This document shows, in pieces, positions 26,815 through 36,389 of a stretch of DNA of 64,000 nt. Position 1 is the first letter of the stretch. Every line of letters starts with the position of its first letter. The notes under the pieces are model-generated. The model worked only from the letters and a program-made list of their open reading frames with translations. It was not told the DNA's origin and ran no database searches. The stretch spans positions 160,001-224,000 of the forward strand of contig CAWAXX010000018.1 in NCBI GenBank assembly GCA_963786105.1, given 5' to 3'. The DNA is from Vulcanimicrobiota bacterium (lineage in GTDB: Bacteria; Vulcanimicrobiota; Vulcanimicrobiia; Vulcanimicrobiales; Vulcanimicrobiaceae). The position numbers and the translations under genes are program-made.

Positions 26815-28218
26815 ATGGCGACCACCGCCCAATCCGGCCCAGCAATCGGTCCGGCATACTGCGAAAACGCACTCGAAGCCATCGGGCACACGCCCCTCGT
26901 TAAGCTGAACAAAGTCACCGACGGCGCCGAGTGCCTCGTCCTGGCAAAGGTCGAATACATGAATCCGGGCGGCAGCGTGAAAGACCGGCCGGCGATCGCC
27001 ATGCTCGACGCCGCCGAAAAGCACGGATTGCTCAAGCCGGGCGGCACGATCGTCGAACCCACGAGCGGAAACACCGGAACCGGCCTGGCGATGGCGGCGG
27101 CGATTCGCGGCTATCGCTGCATTCTCGTAATGCCCGACAAGATGTCGAAAGAGAAAGTCGATCTGCTGCGTGCCTACGGAGCCGACGTGGTGATCACGCC
27201 GACGAACGTCCCGTCAGACTCGCCCGAATCGTACTATGGCGTTGCCAATCGGCTCGCGTCCGAGATTCCCGGCGCCTTTCAACCGAATCAGTTTCACAAC
27301 CACTACAACCCCGAGGCGCACTATCATACCACCGGTCCGGAGATTTGGGAGCAAACGCGCGGCACGGTCACGCACTTCGTCGCGGGCATCGGCACCGGCG
27401 GCACCATTTCCGGCACGGCGCGTTTTCTGAAGGAACAGAATCCAAATATTCACGTCGTCGGCGCCGACCCCGAAGGCTCCATTTATTCGGGCGACATTCC
27501 GCGCTCGTATCACGTCGAGGGGATCGGCATGAACTACTTGCCCGAGACCGTCGACCTTCGCGTGATCGACGAAGTAATTCGGGTGTCCGACCGTGATTCG
27601 TTTCTGCTCGCGCGCCGGATCACACGCGAAGAAGGCCTGCTGGTGGGCGGCTCGTCCGGTACCGCCGGCGTAGCCGCCGTGAAGCTGGCAAAGACGTTGC
27701 CGAAGGACGCCATAGTGGTCGTGATCTTTCCGGATTCCGGGCGCGGTTACATGTCGAAGATCTTTAGCGACGACTGGATGATCGCCAACGGATTCTTAGC
27801 CGATGCGAAGCGACGCGCGACCGTTGGCGACGTACTTCGCGCGAAGACGCCGCTTCCGCAGCTCATCACGGTGCAATTCGACGACACGGTCAAGACCGCA
27901 CTCGATCTCTTGCGCCAGTACGAGATCTCCCAGATTCCGGTGATGCGCGAACGCGAACCCGTGGGCAGCGTGAACGATATCGGCGTGATGCAAGCCGTTT
28001 TCGATCACGCGGATATCCTCCATCAGCCGGTAAGCGAGGTGATGGGTCGCGCTTTCCCGATTCTGGAGCAGTTTGAGGAAATCGAGTTGGCCTATAAGCT
28101 GTTGACTCTCGCGAACCCCGCCATCGTGGTTACCGACGATGGCGAGCCGGTCGGCGTGTTGACGCGCCAAGATATCATCAGCTTTCTCTCGACCAGCTCG
28201 GAGATCGTGCGCAAGTGA
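26815..28218 (+). CDS. Cystathionine beta-synthase with C-terminal CBS domains
   Basis: NPGGSVKDR, EPTSGNTG, GTGGT; CBS pair. Confidence 0.92.
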   Translation: MATTAQSGPAIGPAYCENALEAIGHTPLVKLNKVTDGAECLVLAKVEYMNPGGSVKDRPAIAMLDAAEKHGLLKPGGTIVEPTSGNTGTGLAMAAAIRGYRCILVMPDKMSKEKVDLLRAYGADVVITPTNVPSDSPESYYGVANRLASEIPGAFQPNQFHNHYNPEAHYHTTGPEIWEQTRGTVTHFVAGIGTGGTISGTARFLKEQNPNIHVVGADPEGSIYSGDIPRSYHVEGIGMNYLPETVDLRVIDEVIRVSDRDSFLLARRITREEGLLVGGSSGTAGVAAVKLAKTLPKDAIVVVIFPDSGRGYMSKIFSDDWMIANGFLADAKRRATVGDVLRAKTPLPQLITVQFDDTVKTALDLLRQYEISQIPVMREREPVGSVNDIGVMQAVFDHADILHQPVSEVMGRAFPILEQFEEIELAYKLLTLANPAIVVTDDGEPVGVLTRQDIISFLSTSSEIVRK

Positions 28219-28219
28219 C

Positions 28220-28259
28220 CCTTCGACTTCGGCGCTACGCGCCTCCGCTCAGGATGACA
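28220..28259 (-). repeat. REP-like intergenic repeat, copy 1
   Basis: Reverse complement TGTCATCCTGAGCGGAG-N14-AGTCGAAGG, shared with 53433-53472. Confidence 0.75.
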
Positions 28260-28270
28260 GCAAGGCCGGA

Positions 28271-29455
28271 ATGAGATTTTCGACTCGCGCCATTCACGTC
28301 GGCCAAGAGCCCGACCCGGCGACCGGCGCCACCATCGTTCCCATCTATCAAACGTCGACCTATACTCAGGACGAGGTCGGAGTTCACAAAGGCTACGACT
28401 ACAGCCGCACGGTCAACCCGACGCGCTCGGCTCTCGAGAAGCAGCTCGCGTCGCTCGAAGGCGGCGCCTTCGCGAGCGCGTTTGCCAGCGGCGTGGCGGC
28501 AACCGCAGCGGTGCTCAACGTGCTTTCAGCGGGCGATCATGCGGTCGTCACCGACGATCTTTACGGCGGGACATACCGGCTTTTCTCCAGCGTTCTGGTC
28601 CGCTACGGCCTCGAGTTCACCTACGTCGATATGACCGACTTGGCCGCGGTTCGTGCCGCCGTCAAACCTAACACCAAGCTGTTCTGGGTGGAAACGCCCA
28701 CTAATCCCATGCTCAAACTCATCGATCTACGGGCGATCGCCGATCTCCGATCTTCACTGAACGCAGCAGGACCGGCGCGCAAGCCAATTATCGCCGTCGA
28801 TAACACGTTCGCAACGCCGTACTTCCAGCAGCCGCTTGCCCTGGGAGCCGACGTGGTGGTTCACTCGACCACCAAGTACATCGGCGGCCATAGCGACGTC
28901 ATCGGCGGCATCGCCGTTACGAACGACCTGGACTTGTACGACATCCTTCGCTTTCACCAAAACAGCGTCGGCGGCATTCCCGGCCCGCACGACGCGTGGC
29001 TGACGATGCGCGGGGCGAAAACGCTCGCCATCCGGATGCGCGAACACGCCCGCAACGCTGCACGCGTCGCGGAGTTTCTCGAACGGCACCCAGGCGTCGC
29101 GCGCGTGTATTATCCTGGGCTCGCGTCGCACCCGCAGCACGAGCTGGCCAAACGCCAAATGAGCGGCTTCGGCGGCATGGTTTCGTTCGTACTCGAAGGG
29201 CCGCCCGAACGCGGGCTCGATTTCGCTCGACGCTTGACGTATTTTAGCCTTGCTGAAAGTCTCGGCGGCGTCGAGTCGCTAATCTGTCACCCCGCTCGCA
29301 TGACGCACGGCTCGATTCCCAAGGAAGATCGCGAACGGCGCGGCATCACCGACGGCCTCCTACGGCTTTCGGTCGGAATCGAAGACGTCGACGATCTCGT
29401 CGCCGACTTAGAGCAGGCCCTCGCAGCCACGCCGCAGGCCGTCCAAAGCTACTGA
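28271..29455 (+). CDS. Cystathionine gamma-lyase/gamma-synthase
   Basis: YSRTVNPT, DNTFATP, HSTTKYIGGHSD, SLGGVES. Confidence 0.93.
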   Translation: MRFSTRAIHVGQEPDPATGATIVPIYQTSTYTQDEVGVHKGYDYSRTVNPTRSALEKQLASLEGGAFASAFASGVAATAAVLNVLSAGDHAVVTDDLYGGTYRLFSSVLVRYGLEFTYVDMTDLAAVRAAVKPNTKLFWVETPTNPMLKLIDLRAIADLRSSLNAAGPARKPIIAVDNTFATPYFQQPLALGADVVVHSTTKYIGGHSDVIGGIAVTNDLDLYDILRFHQNSVGGIPGPHDAWLTMRGAKTLAIRMREHARNAARVAEFLERHPGVARVYYPGLASHPQHELAKRQMSGFGGMVSFVLEGPPERGLDFARRLTYFSLAESLGGVESLICHPARMTHGSIPKEDRERRGITDGLLRLSVGIEDVDDLVADLEQALAATPQAVQSY

Positions 29456-29456
29456 A

Positions 29457-30044
29457 TCAGGGCTGGTCCAATGGGTAGCGGACGGCGGTGACATTGTGCA
29501 AAACCGTCTTCGCCTCGTCTGCGCTCGCGTCGCCCAACCGGCCGGATTCGGCCAGCACGATGCCCCGCTGGCCATCGGCCCAGACGATGGCGAACTCCTT
29601 CTTCGAGTCGAATCCGCTACCGGCCGTCACCTCCACGAAGGTAGCCGGCATGCCGTTGAGCAGCCCCATCGGCGTCTTGTTTCGAATTAAGAGTCCTTGG
29701 CCACCGGTACTGTGCATCTGGCTTTCGAACTGCCCTTCCCATTGGTCGGGCGCGGCTTGGAACGACTCCATCAAGATCTGAATCGTACGCTGATCCTCTT
29801 TTCCCGGATGCAGCACCCAGACGGCGACCGGCTGCAGATCGTTGGTGAGTTCGTTCAGTGCAGGATACCTTCGCCCCACCAGCACGGCGTCGGACGGCGC
29901 GGTAAAGTTCATTCCGGGATCCACGTAACTGTGGGGATCCGGTGACGGCGTCGGTGCTGCTGGAACCTGCGCGCGAACCCGGTACGCGGGCGAGAATGCC
30001 ATAACCGAGACAAAAACGGCGAGGATGAGAGCGATTCGTTTCAT
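29457..30044 (-). CDS. Secreted hypothetical protein
   Basis: Signal peptide; coupled to the esterase stop. Confidence 0.75.
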   Translation of the reverse strand: MKRIALILAVFVSVMAFSPAYRVRAQVPAAPTPSPDPHSYVDPGMNFTAPSDAVLVGRRYPALNELTNDLQPVAVWVLHPGKEDQRTIQILMESFQAAPDQWEGQFESQMHSTGGQGLLIRNKTPMGLLNGMPATFVEVTAGSGFDSKKEFAIVWADGQRGIVLAESGRLGDASADEAKTVLHNVTAVRYPLDQP

Positions 30045-31099
30045 TCCGTATCCAAAACAGCGGCGAGTGCTGGGAGCGAGACGGCGTACCGGTAGCCCAC
30101 GTTGCGATGGTCGTCGTCGAACTCCTCGTGCCGAACCTCCAGCCCGGCGTCACGCATCCGCTCGGTCATAACGCGGGCACCGATGTCCAATCCGTACTCG
30201 TCGCGCCGGCCACAATCCAGATAACGTAGGCGTAACCGCGCGAGTTCGGCTCGATGGGTAGCGACCCGCTCGGTAGGGTCGAAGGCCAGCCAGCGGGCGA
30301 ACACCCCGTCGTTGAGCTCGCCCGTTCTCGCGTCGAAGGGCAGCTCGACATCGAAAGCCGAGCCGCTTCGCGGCGAGTATGCGGCCGCGTATCCGAGCAT
30401 TTCCATCGTTACGTACTCCGCCGGCGTGCGCTTGTGCTGCTTCTCGAAGGCGCTCACGAACGCCGCGACATCGCCGCCGTATTTCTCTAACGTCCGCTGC
30501 ACGCTTGGGAACGCCGGAATGTGGGCGTACCGAAAGTACGCGTCGCCGCTGTGCGACGCAAACGCCGAGAACACGCCCGGGTGTTCCATCACGAGGTGCA
30601 TCGATCCGAAACCACCGGAGGATTTTCCGAGGACCGCGCGACCACCCTCGGCCGCGATCGTCCGATACTCCCGATCGACGTATTCGACGACGTCTCGCAC
30701 GGTATACGTCGCGTAGTTGCCGTTGTGAATTGAATCGACGTATTGCGACCCGCCCAGTCGCGTGAATCCGTCGACCGCTACCAAAATGGCGGGCGGCATG
30801 TTGCCGCCGGCGATCGACCGGTCGATCCACTGAAACACGTTCGTATCCCACGGCCGGGATCCGAGAAGCGCCGCAACGTCGCCGGTGTACCCGTGCAAAA
30901 CGTATAACACCGGGTACCTGCGCGACCCCAAAGTGTCGTACTGCGGCGGCAGGTATACGGCCAGCGGTCGCTCCGACGGATCGCCCAACGCATTTCCGGC
31001 AAGTGCCTCACTTGCGACAAAATCGACATGCACGTCGCCGTGCAAACCCAAAATCTTAGCGAAGGACGAGCGTTCGCGCATGCGGGACTGATTCGCCAC
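30041..31099 (-). CDS. Putative esterase (alpha/beta hydrolase, Fes-like)
   Basis: YPVLYVLHG, GKSSGG nucleophile elbow; start uncertain. Confidence 0.85.
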   Translation of the reverse strand: MANQSRMRERSSFAKILGLHGDVHVDFVASEALAGNALGDPSERPLAVYLPPQYDTLGSRRYPVLYVLHGYTGDVAALLGSRPWDTNVFQWIDRSIAGGNMPPAILVAVDGFTRLGGSQYVDSIHNGNYATYTVRDVVEYVDREYRTIAAEGGRAVLGKSSGGFGSMHLVMEHPGVFSAFASHSGDAYFRYAHIPAFPSVQRTLEKYGGDVAAFVSAFEKQHKRTPAEYVTMEMLGYAAAYSPRSGSAFDVELPFDARTGELNDGVFARWLAFDPTERVATHRAELARLRLRYLDCGRRDEYGLDIGARVMTERMRDAGLEVRHEEFDDDHRNVGYRYAVSLPALAAVLDTE

Positions 31100-31137
31100 C
31101 AGGTCCCGCTTTCACCTCACCGAAGCTCGCTTTCAGG

Positions 31138-34100
31138 ATGCAGCGCGCTATCGACCTGCGCGGCGCCGTTGCCGTCAACGTCATCACGATGATTGGCATC
31201 GGCCCGCTCGTTACGATTCCGCTCGTCATCGCTGCACTCGGCGGACCGCTCGCTCTCGTCGGCTGGATTGCCGGCGCGGTGGTGGCACTGTGCGACGGCC
31301 TGGTGTGGGCCGAGCTTTCGTCGCGATTCCCCGGCTCGGGAGGCACCTACGTCTACCTGCGCGCGGCCTTCGGAGAGCGAACGCTCGGCCGCGCGTTGGC
31401 GTTCTTGTTCAACTGGCAGTTCTTACTCTACGCTCCGTGCTTGCTCGCGAGCGGCTATATCGGCTTTGCGAACTACGCCGGATATCTTTTCCCGATCGTA
31501 GGAAGCAACGCATTCGTTCACGATGCCGTTGCGATCGGCGTGGGGGTGGTTACCATCGGCGCCCTCTATCGGCGTACGGCGCGCGTAGCCTCGGTCGGGA
31601 TCGTTCTCGCGGTCGCCGCCTTGTCGACGCTGGCGCTGGTTTCGATTGCGGCGCTGACCCACGCGCACTTGGGTCAAGCGTTTCATCTCGACGCACCCAT
31701 TCGTTTTAACGCCGGTCTTTTGGCCGGCTTCGGCAGCGCGCTGTACATTACGCTCTACGACTACGTCGGATATGCCGACGTTGCGTTGCTGGGCGACGAA
31801 GTGGTGCGGCCGCACCGCACGATCCCGTTGGCAATCCTGATCTCGGTGCTCGTCGTTGCGGTGTTCTACGTACTTCTGCAAATCGGCGTGCTCGGCGTCG
31901 TTCCCTGGCGCTCGCTGCTCGGCGCCGATGGTATGCCGACCACACAATCCCAATACGTCGGCTCGCTCGTGGTAGAACTCACGTGGGGACGTTGGGCGGC
32001 GATCGGCGTGACGCTGCTCGTTTTACTAACGGCTTTCGCATCGCTCTACGGAAATCTACTGGGCTTTTCGCGGATTCCGTTTGCGGCGGCGCGCGACGGC
32101 GCCTTTCTTCCGGCGTTCGCCCGGCTGGACTCGCGGCGGGATATCCCGCACGTCGCACTGTTTGCCGTCGGCTTGCTTTCCCTCGTCGCCAGCCTGTTCA
32201 CGCTGGACCAGGTCATCGCGTTTCTGACCGCCGGCATCGTTTTGGTACAGGGCATCGCCCAAGTCATCGCGCTGTTTCGCCTGCGCGCCGACGCGGTCGT
32301 CGCGCCGTTTCGCATGCCGCTCTTTCCTCTGCCGGCGATCGTGGCACTCGTGGGCTGGACGCTCGCATTCATCTACACCGGGCTCCCCGCGATCGCTTTA
32401 GGCGTAGGATGGCTCACAATCGGTGCGGTCGTCTTTCTCATCGCCGCGCGGGCCCGGCGCTGGTGGCCGTTTGCTGGCGCACTCCTAGTGGCCGCTTCGT
32501 TGTTTCAGCCAGTCGTTGCACGCGCCGACGCGTTGCCGCCGCAATGGTCGGCATGGAACGCCTCCGCGCTGGTGACCGAAGGCGGTTACCCGGTGTTCAC
32601 CGTCGGCGGCCGGCCCTTCTTCGTGTATGGCGCAGCTTTCTTCTACGAACGGATACCGCGCGAACGCTGGGAAAGCGCGTTGCGCGCGTACGAGCAAGCC
32701 GGAGTCAACACGGTCGATCTCTACGCGATCTGGAACTGGCATCAGCCTTCCGAAGCGCTGGCGCCGGATTTCACGGGCAGCACCGATCCGCGGCGCGACC
32801 TGCTCGGCGTTCTCGAGCTTTGCCGGCGTCTCCATCTCAAAGTCATTCTGCGCCCGGGTCCGGTCATTCGTAACGAGTGGCGCAATGGAGGCTACCCGGC
32901 ATGGCTGCTGGAGCGACCCGAATACAACATGCCGCTGCCCGACGTCCTCCAAGGACGCTATCCGGCGACGGCGACGCTGCAAAACGCGCAGGCCGATGCC
33001 GCCGCCGACGAGTGGCTCCGCAACGCAACGCATCTGGCCGAATCGCAGCAGTGGCTCCAAAGCGTCCTACGCGCTGCAGCGCCATATGCCTCGGACATTA
33101 TAGCCATCGCACTCGACGACGACCAAGGTGCCTACATCGACAACGACACCTGGCCGGCACCACGCTGGCACGCGTACATCGACTGGTTGCGCCTTACGGT
33201 TCAAAGCGTTGCCGGGACCCGCATTCCCCTGTTCGTCAACACGTTCGAAATGAAAGTACCGGCTGCCTCGCCGGCGTGGGCGTGGGGCGACTGGTATCAG
33301 AGCGACGCGTACGCCATCGGAGCGCACGATCTGGCGCAACTAGATTTTGCTACCGGACTCTTGCAAACGCAGCCATTTCAGCCCGTGATGTATGCGGAGT
33401 TCCAGGCGGGGTGGCTGCAGGGGGCCGAGGAGGCTGCGCCGCGTCCTAGCGATCCCGCTAACACCGCCTTAGCGTTGGGCGAATTGCTTCGGGACGGCGT
33501 GCACGGCATCGTCAACTTCCCCGTGCAGGACACGATTTACCCCGACGGCTGGGAAGCGCCTTGGGCAAACTGGTCGTACGCGTGGGATGCGGCTCTCACG
33601 TCCGGCCTCGAACGCGCCCCCCGCTATCTGCCGACTTCCGAGTTCGGACACGACGTACGCCGTTACGGGGCTCTGCTCGCGCGCACGCATCCCTCCGCCG
33701 GCTTTGGCATCATTTGGCCGCCGAGTCTCTTCTCATCGCTCGCACTCACCAATCGCGATTTTCGCACATTCGCGGACGCGACGATCGCCATGCAACGCGA
33801 CTGCAACGCACGCGGACTCACCTGCGAGCTCGTGGATTTGGCGTATGCCGACGACGCAAGTTTTGGGCACTACCCAAAACTCGTGTTGCCGATCGTCCTG
33901 ACGCCAAGACTCCTTGCAGCGCAGGTCTCGCCGGTTGCCCGTACGTTGGCACGCCTGCGACGACGAGGGCGGATCGTCGCAAACCTGACGTCGGCGGCAG
34001 AATCGCAGGGCGCTGGTTCCGGCGCGACCGTGCTGCTCGCCGACGACGATACCTACGCTTTCATCGAAGCCGTGAATCCCAGCGACGCTCCGCGCACGTT

Positions 34101-34932
34101 TGGTCCCCTGCGCATCGCGCTGTCCGGCGGCGCGGCGGAGGTTACGCGTTTTCAACTCGCACCGCGCAGCCAGCGTCTCGTTCCGGTTGGGCTCGTCCCC
34201 CCTGTGCGCAAACTACGCGATGCCTCGACTCTACAAGCTTCGACAACGCCCCCGCCATTCGCGGCCGTCGCAGCGCAAGTGCTCGACAACGGACGAGTGC
34301 GACTGGCATTCGCGCCCGACGCCGGGGCGCGTATCTCGGAGTTGACCGGCCCCGGCCTCGACAACGCGGCCACCAGCATCGGATTGCTTCGCGACGCGGT
34401 CTCGCCCGAGCCGGCGACGTCACCGCGCGATTACATCGCTACCTACACGCATCCGATAGCGACGGGAACGTTCAATCGCCCGTACGCATGCACGACTGCG
34501 CCCACGACAGCCACGACGAACAGTATAACCTGCGCCTACGATGCGCCCGACCTTCCTGCCGGCGGCGGTCACTTTGCTCGGACGCTGTCGCTGGTCAACG
34601 ACGCTAACGAAATTACCGTCGAGGAGCGCTTCACTCCGGTCGATGTAGCATCGACGTCGAACCTCAAGAGCGTATCCGGCTTCGCCTTTCACGCCGGTGA
34701 CGTGCTGATTGCACCCGCTGGCGCCAACGCCATCGGGATATTACACGGCAAACGATTCGCGACGTTAGGCTGGCGGAGCGGCGACGTGAATCGAGTGACG
34801 CTCAAACAAACGCGCGGCGCCGAGCTCGTGACGCTCATTTTCGCTCGACCGTCCGTCGAGCTGCGCCTAGGCATCTACGAAGCCGATGACGCCGCGGAGG
34901 CGGTACGCCTCCTCCAAGCGAATCCGCGGTAG
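31138..34932 (+). CDS. APC-family permease fused to GH35 glycoside hydrolase (GlmA-like)
   Basis: Multi-TM APC N-half (ITMIGIGP, AELSS.FPGSGG.Y.YL); NTVDLYAIWNWH, ILRPGP, EWRNGG, EFQAGW GH35 motifs. Confidence 0.85.
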   Translation: MQRAIDLRGAVAVNVITMIGIGPLVTIPLVIAALGGPLALVGWIAGAVVALCDGLVWAELSSRFPGSGGTYVYLRAAFGERTLGRALAFLFNWQFLLYAPCLLASGYIGFANYAGYLFPIVGSNAFVHDAVAIGVGVVTIGALYRRTARVASVGIVLAVAALSTLALVSIAALTHAHLGQAFHLDAPIRFNAGLLAGFGSALYITLYDYVGYADVALLGDEVVRPHRTIPLAILISVLVVAVFYVLLQIGVLGVVPWRSLLGADGMPTTQSQYVGSLVVELTWGRWAAIGVTLLVLLTAFASLYGNLLGFSRIPFAAARDGAFLPAFARLDSRRDIPHVALFAVGLLSLVASLFTLDQVIAFLTAGIVLVQGIAQVIALFRLRADAVVAPFRMPLFPLPAIVALVGWTLAFIYTGLPAIALGVGWLTIGAVVFLIAARARRWWPFAGALLVAASLFQPVVARADALPPQWSAWNASALVTEGGYPVFTVGGRPFFVYGAAFFYERIPRERWESALRAYEQAGVNTVDLYAIWNWHQPSEALAPDFTGSTDPRRDLLGVLELCRRLHLKVILRPGPVIRNEWRNGGYPAWLLERPEYNMPLPDVLQGRYPATATLQNAQADAAADEWLRNATHLAESQQWLQSVLRAAAPYASDIIAIALDDDQGAYIDNDTWPAPRWHAYIDWLRLTVQSVAGTRIPLFVNTFEMKVPAASPAWAWGDWYQSDAYAIGAHDLAQLDFATGLLQTQPFQPVMYAEFQAGWLQGAEEAAPRPSDPANTALALGELLRDGVHGIVNFPVQDTIYPDGWEAPWANWSYAWDAALTSGLERAPRYLPTSEFGHDVRRYGALLARTHPSAGFGIIWPPSLFSSLALTNRDFRTFADATIAMQRDCNARGLTCELVDLAYADDASFGHYPKLVLPIVLTPRLLAAQVSPVARTLARLRRRGRIVANLTSAAESQGAGSGATVLLADDDTYAFIEAVNPSDAPRTFGPLRIALSGGAAEVTRFQLAPRSQRLVPVGLVPPVRKLRDASTLQASTTPPPFAAVAAQVLDNGRVRLAFAPDAGARISELTGPGLDNAATSIGLLRDAVSPEPATSPRDYIATYTHPIATGTFNRPYACTTAPTTATTNSITCAYDAPDLPAGGGHFARTLSLVNDANEITVEERFTPVDVASTSNLKSVSGFAFHAGDVLIAPAGANAIGILHGKRFATLGWRSGDVNRVTLKQTRGAELVTLIFARPSVELRLGIYEADDAAEAVRLLQANPR

Positions 34933-34940
34933 TTCTCAAC

Positions 34941-35021
34941 GGGGGAGTGGCGGAACGGCAGACGCAGCCGCCTCAAAAGCGGCCGAGGCAACTCGTGTGG
35001 GTTCAAATCCCACCTTCCCCA
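34941..35021 (+). tRNA. tRNA-Leu(CAA)
   Basis: GCCGC-CTCAAAA-GCGGC anticodon arm, long variable arm. Confidence 0.95.
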
Positions 35022-35196
35022 TGGTGAAGGACAGCGCGGGCAGCGCCGGTTGCACTTTGAGCCCGTCGAAATGCAGGTGATTGCGCAACCGAGCCGAGCG
35101 CGGGCGCCGCGTTCGATCTCATCGACACCGGCAAATCCCGCGCTCGCTTCGGCAGGCTCGAGACGCAGTTGCGCGCCCTCGAAGCGACCGTCCGGA

Positions 35197-35658
35197 CTAG
35201 GTAAAGTTCGAGATGTGGGCTCTAGCCCATTGAACTTTATGTCCGTTGTTGGAGTAATCGAAGTGCGCCATGCAATGGCCCGAATTCATACCCGCCCTTA
35301 CGATCCAAGAATCGCCCAAACGCCTGATTTTCGCAATCCCCGTCAGTCGGCAATCATCGTGCTCTCTCAGCGAACCTTTCGATCCATGTGGGGTTTTTAG
35401 CGTTAACACAACCGGTCCCGGATTCGAACGACTTAAATGTACCACACACGGCGAAACGTGGACTGCGCCCTTTTGTGGCGGGCACCTTGTGCTTCTATCG
35501 GTGGGGATTGCCGGGCCCGTGGCACCGGTTAACTGAGGGAGCCCCGGCGCAGTCATCTGTGGCTGGGATCCGCCACAGCCTGCGAGCAAGGCGGTCGCTG
35601 CGACCGCTGCGACGACGCTCCAAGTGAGGCGCGTCGATGCCTGTCGACATAAGAACAT
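35197..35658 (-). CDS. Hypothetical lipoprotein
   Basis: GGAGG SD, lipobox LAGC. Confidence 0.7.
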   Translation of the reverse strand: MFLCRQASTRLTWSVVAAVAATALLAGCGGSQPQMTAPGLPQLTGATGPAIPTDRSTRCPPQKGAVHVSPCVVHLSRSNPGPVVLTLKTPHGSKGSLREHDDCRLTGIAKIRRLGDSWIVRAGMNSGHCMAHFDYSNNGHKVQWARAHISNFT

Positions 35659-35928
35659 TTTGCCTGATCCTCCGATTTAGCCCCTGGGTTCATACGATGG
35701 TACCATATTGAAGAGTAGGCAAACAATTACTCGCCTGTGGCGTGCAAAAGCTACCAGTACGGCGCTCGGTTCCTTTCTGCTACGAAGACCAAGTCTTCCG
35801 TCAGACACAACTCCGTGACTCCCGAACCCTGGAACTGCTTGAGGTCGCTGTGCGGCTCCGGCACGACGCGATGCGACGTGTCGAGTACCACCGGTGACGC
35901 GCGCAAGTCTGCGGCCGACCCGTTCCCA

Positions 35929-36255
35929 CTAATCAATCTTTAAGCGGCTAATCTTGCCGCCCGACAGCATGAATGTGTGGTCGAGTAGCACCGGAGACCC
36001 GAGGAAGTCCCCCGATACGAGCCCAGAGACGATAACCGTTTCACCCGTTTCGATCGCATCTCGAGGTTCGACCTTGGCGTGATACTTGCGCGTAGTCTCC
36101 TCCACCCATGACCGGATGGCAGGCAGACCCCTATATTCTTCGTTTTCGTCCTCGACGATCGCGCTCTCCTCGAAAGGTTCGAGAATCGCGTCGAAGTCAA
36201 AATCGTTACGGGCCTTGAAATATGCGGCGATGGGAGTTGGTAGGACGATTGCCAT
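35929..36255 (-). CDS. SnoaL/NTF2-like protein
   Basis: LP.PI.AYF.A.N, V.G.F.GSP, GKI.RL.I pattern. Confidence 0.8.
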   Translation of the reverse strand: MAIVLPTPIAAYFKARNDFDFDAILEPFEESAIVEDENEEYRGLPAIRSWVEETTRKYHAKVEPRDAIETGETVIVSGLVSGDFLGSPVLLDHTFMLSGGKISRLKID

Positions 36256-36389
36256 CTGGTTTACTTCTCATCTATGAAGGGGCACGCTAAAAAGGTTCGA
36301 CATCGTCTAGCTCCTTTTAAGTTTGCGAGTGCGGGCTCATTTGTCGACAAACCGAGCTGTGCCTCTTGGCGAGTCTGAGAAACGCAACG

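Noticed and set aside
26815..29455. CBS plus cystathionine lyase pair as a novel pathway
   Set aside because: Standard reverse transsulfuration operon
35022..35196. Possible island or gene directly after tRNA-Leu
   Set aside because: No duplicated tRNA-Leu 3' end found; only unassignable ORF fragments
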